Positions 24,357 to 35,510 of a stretch of DNA of 64,000 nt are shown here, piece after piece. This DNA comes from Camelus ferus (taxonomy: Eukaryota). The notes under the pieces are model-generated. The model made no database searches. It saw only the letters and a list, made by a program, of their open reading frames with translations, and had not been told where the DNA came from. Both the position numbers and the translations under genes were made by a program. Position 1 is the first letter of the stretch; each line of letters begins with the position of its first letter. The stretch lies in the NCBI RefSeq assembly GCF_009834535.1, contig NC_045697.1:59832001-59896000 (forward strand), in the 5' to 3' direction.

Positions 24357-27300
24357 TAAAATTAGCCATTTGTTATTCATTGAAGTTCTTTCTACTTATC
24401 TTTGATTCACAGAAGGCAGGAATTTAATAAATCAATACATTTAAGGCATATTTTATATTTTCCTTTCATATGTTTAAGTGTTTATATTTTTAAGATAATA
24501 GGCATAATGTATGTTGAAATATTTTTCTCAAAATTTCAAATTTATCTTAGGGCTTTATTGACATAGTATATATCAATAATTCTGTGAAACAGATGTGTCA
24601 CTTAAATTAGAAAGAACAGATTTTTCAGGATCTCCAAACATACCTCTCAATATATAATAGCAGAAGAAGTATATGACAAAATTTTAGAAATAAATTTTGA
24701 AGGTAATTCTTATTTGCCTTTGCAACTAACAATTACTTGAAATCGGCAAACTACTCGATATTGAATTAATCTTTCTTTCATTGTATAACACATTCCATTA
24801 ATAATATAGAAATAAAATTTTCTTCTACCCTGGCTCTACTTCCTGATGGGTCAATATAATGATGATGTCATACTGGGAAAGATATATACTTTCTTTTTTT
24901 CCATCATTTTTGCCTTACGTAACTAACAATTTAACCCATAAGTAGAGATAGTAACCTAATTTCTCCCATAGTTAATACAGGAATATTGTTTTCTTCTATC
25001 TCCACTGCCAACAATTCTCATGAATTACTGTTTAGAAAGGTATTGACTCAGAAACCAATTATTTTACTCAAGAAAAATTTGACACAGAAAGTAATTTATC
25101 ATTTGCTAAGACCTTTTCTTCATGTCATACTCATCAAATAACTGGTATGTCTTAAAACCTCTGTGTTAATTTGGTTATGTAAACATTTGCTATGTTTCAG
25201 AGTTAGTGAATTTTTCTTCTCCTTTGTCTACTTTTATCCCCCAAATTAAAAAACTTTTTCCTATATTTTTATTTTCTAGAGACTTGGCTCATATTTATGA
25301 ATTTTGCTTGGATTAATGTTATTGATGGAATAAAATATCCCTGGAATTTGCCTTGCACCAGATAAATTAGTTTATTCATAATCACAATAAACTTAACTTG
25401 CTCTTACTACTTAGCTTCTTCTGGAAGCAGGTCTTCTTCCATGACTTCACTTTCGGCTTGTGTCTATGAAAACCATGTGTCTGCTGAGGCTTCTGTTTAT
25501 TCATATACTAGCAAAAAAAAGTGTTTAGTGGGTTTTCTAACATTTCCAGCTCTATGTTTTTAATATGTTATTTTTGCCTTTGGGCAACCCAAAGGTACAT
25601 TAGATATCAAATAATTCATTAATCACACGTTTTTCATCATAAGTCATTAGAATAGTTTAAAAGTCTTATAAAAAGAACAAATATCAAGAATCATGGGTCT
25701 GTTTTGCTCAAAAGAGAATAGTATCAAAACATTATGAAAAGTTTGGCAGCAATTTTTTTTTCATTTAGTGTCTTCATTGAATTCAAAGTAAGAAGTAGCT
25801 ACAGATGACAGGATGATATGTGAGATACAAGAAGACATTTCCATCCAAAGTCAGCATCTTCTTGCACATGACATTATACTAGCTACTGCTCCTCAGCTTT
25901 CCAGTTTTCATTTTCTTGTTAGTGACATTTCTAAAGAAATGACATTTGATTTATTTTTGTGTTGCATCTTGTTTTCCCTTTATTTTTAATAATCCTTTGT
26001 GGATTACTTTTGCTTTTTTTTCTTAAAACCCAGCTAGTCTCCAGCACCAGAGATAATGATGGAAAACATCTGGGTGAGTACATTCTGCAATTAAATTTTT
26101 TTTTTAATTCTTTATCGTAGGATTCTGGAAGGAGACATACATTTTCCTCTCTGGACTCTTTTCATTAAGAAATAGACTCGAAGAAGAAGATTATCTTGCC
26201 CAGAGCTATACAGGGGTTATAGCAGAGGCAGGTTCCGAGCATAGCCGGTCCTCGTTCCATTACAACATACTAGTCAATTTCCCATGATTACGAGGGGGTG
26301 CTCCCCTCCTCTGCCAGACTTCCCTTTGGCATTGGCAGTGGTGCTTTGCCTGATTAGCTTTCAGTCAGCTGTCAGGGTTCAGCAACCATCTCAAAATGTA
26401 TTCATCTCATCATTTTTGTGCTTGTCACTCGCTACCTTTTCCCTTTGTCATAATTTTTCAGGTTCTTTACAGTATTCTATCAAGGGTGACACACAGAGAT
26501 AGTTTCACACTATGGGCTAAGTCCTAAGAGGAAAAGTTCATGGTTCAGTATGTGACCCAAAGAGAGATTTGTCCTAAGCAGTCAAATAAACAGCATCACT
26601 TGGATCTAAGGCACAGGTACTAAAAGTGAGCTCACTTGAATAGGTAAGTAACTTGGCTTTCTAGAAAAGAGTGTGACACTCCAGGCTGGAGATATTTGTG
26701 GAAAGGTATGAGCCTTTGTCAGGAAGCTATTCTCGTTTGCTCTGAACCCTACTAATCACCTTTGATGTGGGCTGCCCATTGACTTCAAAGGATCTCTAGC
26801 CTAGGTAGGTAGGAAGGGTGCCGAGAAAAAGGAAAAAGAAGTCCATGGTGGTTCAAAGTCACATTAATCCTCCTTGATGATTCAGTTAGCCAAGAAAAAG
26901 GACAAAAAACAACAAGGGGAGACACTTTAAAATAAATGAAAATAAACGTGGGAATGAAAAAAGGACGTAATTTTTTTTAATGTCTCTTAGGTCAGTGGTT
27001 TCTATTTTATGAATTCTTGTCCTATTTTCGATGTGTCTCATTTCTGAAGTTTAGTAAGTATTCTTTCTTTGAGCTGCACATAATATAGAAAGGGAAGGGC
27101 AAAGAGGTTTATCCAGCATAATGCCCTGTGTGTTAAGTGTCATCTACTCTGATTAGTTATATTATATTGGCAAAATTGGTTCTTTGTTCTTCAAATTAGA
27201 TTAAACAATTCTTTTTCTATGCAGTTGATTTTTAGATCACTTTATTTCTTTATGAATGCTTTAGTTAATTATAGTAATAGATACTAGCTGCAGATATAAA

Positions 27301-27974
27301 CTGAAAACATGAATAATTTTATACCTTTTATTTCCATATATATGTATATAGATATATTACTATAACTAAAATAAATTTCCTCTGTCAATAAAATGACTTA
27401 CATGTTTGATACAGAGGAGATAGAATGTATACACATAGAACTATATATTATAGTAAAATTGTCTTTACTATACATATGCTGTCTTTAGCATTGTGTACAA
27501 TATGTATTTTAAATTTAGATTGTAAGGAATTAGGATCCTATGACATATGATAAATTATTTAATTATAATTTAACCCCCTGAGCAAGAATTTCCATCATCT
27601 TCCCATATATCCCCCACATTTTTTTTTCTAAACAAGTCATTGCAGTTAAGACATGTTCTGAAAAAAAAAGGAAACATAATGTTAATCACAGTTTCTTCCC
27701 AATACAGCTATCATGTTATTAATAGAAGTTTAATGGTCAGTATACAAAAATAATTTGAAAACTGTTTGATTCAAGATAAAATATATGTGACAAAATATGT
27801 ACTGCCATCCTTCAAAATTACAGTATAATTGTAAGAAAAAGTCATCATATGATTGTAATCTTCAGGTTGGTAAAATCTGCCTCTTTATCTCTTTATTAAA
27901 ACTATTCTGTGGCAGAAATATTTGAACTTGGGGGTTTCTTTTTCTCAATCTGAAACAAAAAGGAATCTTTATAT

Positions 27975-30395
27975 TTTTTTCCAGAATTACAGAGCTATAA
28001 TTGACATACAACATTTAAGTTTAAGGTGTACATTGTATGATTTGACACACGTATATATTGTGAAGCAATTACCACAGTAAGGTTAGCTATTATCCCCACA
28101 ATCTCCCATAATTACCTTGTATGTGTGTGTGTGTGTGGCATGTGTGTGTGTGTGTGTCTGTGTGTGTGTGTGTGTGGTAAGACTATTTAAGATGTATTCT
28201 CTTAGGAACTTTTACACATAAAATACAGTATTGTTAACTATACTCACCATGCTGTATATCGGATCCCCAGAAGTTATTCATATTATAACTGGAAGTTTGT
28301 AACCTTAGATTAACATCTCCCCAGTTCCCCCAGACCTCAGCTTGTGTCAACAACCATTCCATTCTGTTCTGTTTCCATGAGTTCAGCTTTCTTAGATTCC
28401 ACATATACATGAGATTATGCAATATTTCTCTTTGTCTGACTCATTTCACTTAGCATAATGCCCTCAAGGTTCATCCATGTTACCATAAGAGGAAGATTTT
28501 CCTAGTTTCTCAGGCTGAACAATATCCCATTGTATGTATTTTATACCACATCTTCTTTCTCCATTCACCAGTAGTCAGATACTTAGGGTATTTCCATATC
28601 TTGGATATTGTGAATAATGCTGCAATGAACACGGGATAAAGATATCTCTTCATGATAGTGATTTAATTCCCTTTAGATATATAGTCAGAAGTGGGATTGC
28701 TGAATCATATGGTAGTTTTATTTTTAATTTTCTGAGGAATCTCCATACTGTTTTGCAGAGTTGCAGTGTTAATTTAGATGATCACAAATAGTGCATAAAG
28801 TTTCCCTTTTTCCAACTTTCTTGCAATATTTATTTCGTGTCTTTTTGATAATAGCTATTCTAACAGTGTAATAGCTATTCTAATAGGTGTAAGGTAATAT
28901 CTAATTGTGATTTTGATTTATATTTCCCCAATGATTAATGATGTTGAGCACTTTTTCATGTACCTATTGGCCATTGTGTGTCTTCTTTGGAAAAATGTCT
29001 ATTCAGATCCTCTGCCCATTTTTTCAATTGGATTTTTTGGTTGTTATTGAGTTGTATGAGTCCCTTAATATATTTTGGATATTAACTTCTTATCAGATAG
29101 ATAGTGAAGCTTTCTAGTCCAGGGCTTTTCTTTTGGGGGAGGTTTTAATTGTTGATTTAATCTCCTTATTCATTATTGGTCTGTTTATATTTTCTATTTC
29201 TTCATGAGCCAGTCTTGATGGGGTTTATGTTTCTAGGAATTTATCAGATTCTTTGAGGTGACCCACTTTGTTAGCAGAGTCCCTTTTGCTTTCTCTAGCA
29301 TGGTGCTGTACGTGCAAGTTTGTGGTTTCTTCCATGTTCTCATATCCAGGACAGCTTTCTGCACATGCTCACTAGCAGTCTACAAAAGCTCTGTATGCTG
29401 TTGGGAGCATGCATAGGGAGCTGGGCAAGAGGGTAGGGCTGTGTAGGTGAAGCATGTAGAGCACTGGGGGTTCCCATGGGCCAGTTGGGGGATTCTCAGG
29501 CCAGGTGTTTCCAGCAGCTCATGGAGATACCTTCAGTGGAGTCTATGGCAAGATAGTAGCATCCTTGTCCCTTTGATGTGTTCCCCTCTGGGTCCTCACT
29601 GATGTTCTCCTGGCTGCTCACTAACCCCCAGTCATACTCAGTGCTCTTGATGGGGAGAGAGAGTAACTGGTCTCTCGGGCTGCATCCCACACTGCTGTCG
29701 AAGCCAGGCACGCATTCCTATGCTCTCACTTTCCCTGGCAGGGGAAAACCAAGGTTAAGAGGGTTTCTCTTGGCACTGAGCTGTGTAACCTTGAGGGAGG
29801 ATGACGTGTGTTAAGTCAAATAGTTTCTCTTACTCAAATGAAATCATCCAAGCCTTTTTTTTTTAATGTTTTAATTACTTTTATTTATTTAATTATTTTT
29901 GATACAGTGGTATACTGGAACTTCTCCACTTGATCCTGGACTTCTGCAAAGGTGCTCTTATCTGTGGGCTATACTCTCAATCAGTGTTCTTTAGAGGTTC
30001 CTGGACCATGGCCAGAAAGAGCTAGAACTGGCCCAAGGGCTGTTTCAGGGTCCACAGCTGGCACTGAGGTCTGTCTGCCTTTTTCCCAATGCATGGGTTG
30101 GCAAAACCCTTCCCAGATCCGTTAGCACATGGTGCTTATGATAGAACCAAAGTCAAATGGGCCTGCAGCTAGGTTTTCAAGGACGTAGAGCTGTGTGAGT
30201 CTATAGTTGAGACAGACCGGGATTGATGAGTTAGTAGCCTGTCTGTGGATCTGTCTTCTCAAAATGGCTTTCCTTGTTTTTGGACTATACCAGGGTTTCA
30301 TAAACTTTGACCTGGACCATACAACACACAGAAAGGCACATGTTTCCATGGATGATGCCTATATTCTTAGGTGGAGGATATGAACTAGGGAGATC
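27975..30395 (-). mobile_element. L1 (L1MA9/L1M3-like) with 3' end, short ORF2 piece and 5'-UTR, internally deleted twice
   Basis: 3'-UTR and ORF2 end at 27975-29102; ORF2 linker piece at 29103-29278 (reverse strand reads ..DKFLET..KSPGLESFT); GC-richer 5'-UTR-like sequence at 29279-30395. Confidence 0.8.
28120..28176. repeat. Interrupted (TG)n microsatellite
   Basis: Three TG runs separated by GCA and TC interruptions. Confidence 0.95.
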
Positions 30396-32040
30396 TGTTC
30401 ACTTGTCTTTCTTCATTCAGTTTTAGATCTTTCTGGTTCTTGATACTACAAGTGATATATTATTGAAACTTGGGCATTTTGAATATTATGTTATGAGGCT
30501 GGAGTTCTTACTTAAACCTCTGTTTAACTGGCTTCCTTTGATAACACTCTGACACAAGAAGATGGCTGGAGTTGGTGGGGCACTGCCTCATTATTGCCAG
30601 ATAAATGTAGAAGTCTAGGTTCCTCGGTCAGAATCCACTGACACCTGAGGAGAAGGCTCTTCACTATGGCTGTGTGTATGTGGGAGTTCTGGCTCCCACT
30701 AGGCCTACAGTGAGATCTCTCTGGCTGGATGGGTGGGAACACCTCCTTACTGATTCCCACTTAGTTTTCACTGACACCGCCATGTGTCACTGGTCTTATT
30801 ACTGGGTGGTGATAGTGAAAGTCCTGACTTCCACAAGATTTTCTCTGACACCACCTCAGAGGGGAGTAGAAGGTGCAACTTGTTGTTACCTAGTAATGGT
30901 GTCCAGGCTCCCCTTGTCATCCCCACCAACAACCATAGGAAAGGGGCTGATTGCTGCCTGGTGGGGTTGAAAGTCCTGACTCCCTGATGGGCCTTTTCTG
31001 ACACCACGCTGTTGCTCTGAGGTGGGATTCTCCAGAGAAACATAACCACTAGGATGTCTTCATACACACACATACATATGTATTTACTTGAGAAATACCT
31101 ACATCTATATCTATATGTAAAGATATTTATTATAAAGTGTTGTCTCACGTCATTGTGCAGGCTGGAAAGCTTCAGGATTTATCGTCAGCAAGCTGGAGAC
31201 CCAGGAGACCCAAGGATGTAGTGCCAATCTGAGTCCTAGGACCTGAGGATCAGGAGAGTTCATGGTGTAGTTCTGTTCTGTTTCGATTAGGTCCGTGACC
31301 CTGAACAAGCCCATGTTAAAGTGTAAGTCTGAAGGCATGAAAAACCTGATGTACCAGTTCGAATGCAGTCACAGGAGGGTCAGCCTTTTTGTTCTAGACA
31401 GGCTTTCGATTAACTGTATGAGGTGCATCCACACTGGGAAGGGCAAGCTGCTTTACACAGTCCATCAACTCAGCTACTAAGATCATCCAAAAACACCCTC
31501 ACAGACCAGACACACCCAGAAAAATCTTTGATCAACTGTCTGAGCACCTCATGGGCCAGTTAAATTCACAAATAAACTTAACTTTCAAAGGTGCCTTGTT
31601 ATAACCTGGCAGGGGTTGAAGTCTTGGATTCCCGCTTGGCCTTTGATAACATGGGTGGAGGGTTTTGTTTGTTTGTTTGTTTTGTGTTTGTGGTGTTTGA
31701 CTGTAGGAAAGCAGTTACTGTCTGAAAGGTTTTCTAGGCTACCCATTTCCATTGTTTTGGCTAGAGAGAGAAGGCTTTTGCTGGGGCTTTTATTTTCTAT
31801 GACTGTCCGTGTTTGTAGGGGCTGGCCTCTGCAGCTCTGTCTGAGATATATGAACTAAAAATAAAACTGAGGGAATCTACCACTGCATCATTTTCTGGGT
31901 CTCCAGTTTCCTACCCAGTCTGTCTTTTTCCTCCATCTTTGAAAGTCTATGTTTGTTTTATAGATAACATTGAGGTTTTTAGGTTTACTTAGTTGGAAGA
32001 AAAGGAAAAAGTAAATCTCCATCTTCCTGAAAGCAGAACC
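30396..32040 (-). mobile_element. Old L1 (L1MC-like) 5' region interrupted by an MLT2 LTR
   Basis: ttgggcattttgaatattatgttatgag..aactggcttcctttga; degenerate monomer repeats (gaaagtcctgact, ctgacacc) on both sides of the LTR; ends tccatcttcctgaaagcagaac. Confidence 0.65.
31013..31589 (-). mobile_element. MLT2 (ERVL) solo LTR
   Basis: ggattctccagagaaacataacc..aagctggagacccaggaga..aaacaccctcacagac..cacccagaaa, the reverse complement of motifs in 7435-7944. Confidence 0.9.
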
Positions 32041-34987
32041 CACGAGAAATAAATTTTTAAATGCCTCGGTCTGTGATCTGATCTACGTATCACAAAGTCA
32101 ATAAGCAGTTTGGCAATTATCACACAAAAGCTTCTGAGCTGGCATTTTATCCCAAATGTTGGCTTTGTTTTTATATTAACTATAGACAGTTGCCAACTTA
32201 TCAATTTATGTTGTACTTTGTAGACACATTCTTTAAAAATAACTTTAAACATGTGAGTGCTAGTCTCTGGTATTCACGGGCTGTAGCTTTTTTTTCTCCC
32301 CTCATCTTTGTTCCTACGAGGCATACGAAAACATATTTGAAGTCAATTGCAGAAGGTTGTTCTACTTACATGTAAAAGCCATTCAAGAAATAGACCTTAT
32401 GGGAATTGAAAAGATCCAGGCTATGCTGTTTAAAGCCTTAGGGGGAATGTATTTCTACGCTTTCATTTAAAAACCTTGAAATAAATGAAAATGTTTCAAG
32501 CATAATTTTTTCTAGATATTTTCACTTCTTCTGGACTGTTTCTGTGCATTGTCTCTTAGCTACAATTTTCTCTGTGACAGTGCTGACTATATTTTTTAAA
32601 GGGGCAGAAGAATATAGTTATCAAATGAATAGTTTAACTGATCCTGAAGATTTAGAACTCCATTCACAAATATTTAATTTTTATATCCAGTTGTAGTTTA
32701 AATTAGGATGCACTTTATGCCCATGTGACCCTTCAGTATATTTCAAAAGCCTGAATTTATAATAAAACATTTAAAATATAACACTTGAAAATATAAGACT
32801 TTCATAACATATGAGAAGATGATTTTAAAATACATGCATGCTCTAGGTGACCATTGTATTTTAAATTAATGTTCATATTTCATTGAACCATATAATCAAG
32901 AAGTTGTAAAATGCTAAATTAAAGTTTAATAAATAGGAAAGTATCAGAAGATTAACTTACAATTCTGGATATATCTAAATATTACTTCCCTCTAAATAAC
33001 TACTGCTAGAGATGAGAATCATGGAATATAAACTTCTGTTTAGATTTATCACTGAGACATGCCCAAAATACCATTTGGTAAATATCATTAAAAGCCACTT
33101 AGATTTCATTGTATATGTTTCACTCTGTGAGAAAGTTCTTTCTAGCATTTGGGAAGGGAATCAGGTTTATAATTTCGAGTTTGCCACTTCCCCTTTATTT
33201 ATTGACAACTTACTTTAAGTTAGACACTTTGTGTCATTTAATCCTTACAATTCCCCAATACATGTGTTACTTGTAGATAGAAAAATGAAAGATTTGATTT
33301 AAGCCATTTTTCTTCCAAAACTCTCTCATATCATGGCACATTGTCATTTCAATTACCTTTTATTAGCATTTTATCCTGAATTTTGTGTTCTAAATAAAAT
33401 TTTCTTGTGTTGTCTGAGCTGTAATAATTTTTTTTAATTGAACATATAGCTTCTGTTTTCCTTTTGAATTGAAAACATTCTTATGTTATTTTCATTTTTA
33501 AAAGTCACTACTAGCTTTCATTTATTCAGATTAGCTTTCATTCCCCAGTTCTCATCAAGTGGTTTGTGACTAGTTCATGAATTTTCCGCTTTGAATAGAA
33601 GTATTTGTTTTCCTTAACTAGTGTTTAGCAAGAAAGACTTTTATTCCTCCATTCAGTATACAGATAGATATAGATATGATATAAACATATATATATCATA
33701 TAGGTACATAATTATAAAATGTAGTTATATAGATAATTGTATATATTTATATATTCAAACATATGTAAAATTTTTTAAACAATGGGGTAGAAAATAAAGG
33801 ATTTGTTTTAACAAATTATATAGAACTATCATATGGAGAATTTATTGCACCAGCTATGGCTGATACTGGATTAGACAATCTCACTTTGAACTCAGGAACA
33901 TCACAAACCGTCACCCTATGAAAATAGCTAAGTGTTTATCCACATAGTTCATCTTTCTCCAAGCTCGATTTTAAGTTCATCTTCCTATGTTCCACGATTC
34001 ATTTGAAATGTAGAAATATTTACTATTTTCTGGGTAAGAAAACCTTAACATGTGACTAATTTTATCAGGTGGCACAGACGTTTTCTTTCATTTATCGACA
34101 GTGACTTATTTACTTCCCCCTTGATAATTTGTGGCCATATTTAGATGGTCAGACTTTAAAATTATGTAAATTATTAATAAGCATGCAGGACTTGATAATT
34201 CATCCATTGAGTTTCTTTCTCAGCATTAAAGCCAGCTGGTCTCCACAGATCTTTTTCAAAGCTCGTTTTGTTTTCTTTTATTTTGTTTTGACAAGGCACA
34301 AATCTACACCATGCTTTTCTGTGATATAGATTTTCTGACTTTACGTCATGTTTATGTTTTTCTTTTGCAAATGGAGAGCATCTGCTGATTCTAATATTAC
34401 TGGACATTCCATTTCAATTATATTATAATTAAAATCTCTTCCTTTCAAACAAAATGTTTTTTCAGCATGGGCTGTTTACTTGCATACCACTGAGTAGGAG
34501 TTTCTTGGCAAGGTTCTAAAATGGGAGGACACTGGGGATTATCTCTTCTCTGATTTTTTTTTTTTATTTTATGTTTTTCCTTTTGATACTCTAGTCATTC
34601 TTCCTTTGCACTTTAATTATAGTGAAAGCTGTAGACTTGAATTCTTCTGATTAACAGCTGTTTATAACATGTTGTAAAAATTTTATACTTGTTTTAGAGT
34701 AACAAACCCTAAATAATTTTCACAAATTGAAATTGAAAATATAAGAACTACAAAGAATACTGTGATATCACCAACATCCAAGTACTTCCTAAAATCAAAA
34801 GCAGTTGAAAATGAAAAAAAATTTATTATTAAAGTAAAGCAATCCTAGTGGTTACTGTCAAGAAATAGTATTGGAAATTGGGGAATATGTAGTAATACCT
34901 TCTATTTACTTCTTGACTTCTGTATCAATTAAAAAATAAGACAGGAGTCAAACTTACAATGATAAAATAATTAGAAAATATGGCATA

Positions 34988-35145
34988 CATTTGCAGCAAC
35001 ATGGATGGATCTGGAGATCATCATCCTAAATGAAGGAAGCCAGAAAGAGAAAGAAAAATCACTTATATGTGGAATCTAAACAAAAAAGCCAAAAAGAAAC
35101 AGAAAGAAAGAAAGAGAGAAAGAAAGAGAAGAAAGAAAGAGAAAG

Positions 35146-35196
<51 letters not shown>

Positions 35197-35510
35197 AAAG
35201 AAAAGAAAAAAGCAAACACTAATTAACTTATCTACAGAACAGAAACAGACTCACATAGTAAACTTATAGTTACCAGAGGGAAGGTGGGTGGGAAGGGATA
35301 AAATGAGAGTTTGAAATGTGCAAATACTAACTACTATATATAAAATAAGCAAGTTTATATTATATAGCACAGGGAACTATATTCAATATCTTGTAGTAAC
35401 CTCTAATGAAGAAGAATATGAATATTTGTATGAGTATGCATAACTGAACTATTATGCAGTACACCAGAAATTGACACATTGTAAATTGACCATACTTCAA
35501 TTTAAAAAAA
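34988..35510 (+). mobile_element. Young L1 3'-UTR insertion with 15-bp TSD (1 mismatch)
   Basis: catttgcagcaacatggatggatctggag..acttcaatttaaaaaaa; TSD AGAAAATATGGCATA (34973-34987) / AGAAAACATGGCATA (35511-35525), preceded by TT as at an L1 endonuclease site. Confidence 0.95.
35095..35212 (+). repeat. (GAAA)n microsatellite
   Basis: About 13 perfect GAAA units at 35147-35198 within a longer GA-rich tract. Confidence 0.97.

Noticed and set aside
26074..26120. GTGAGT..polyT..TAG mini-intron
   Set aside because: At 47 nt it is below the usual minimum for mammalian spliceosomal introns.
35030..35269. 79-aa K/E/R-rich ORF
   Set aside because: Translation of the GAAA microsatellite inside an L1 3'-UTR.
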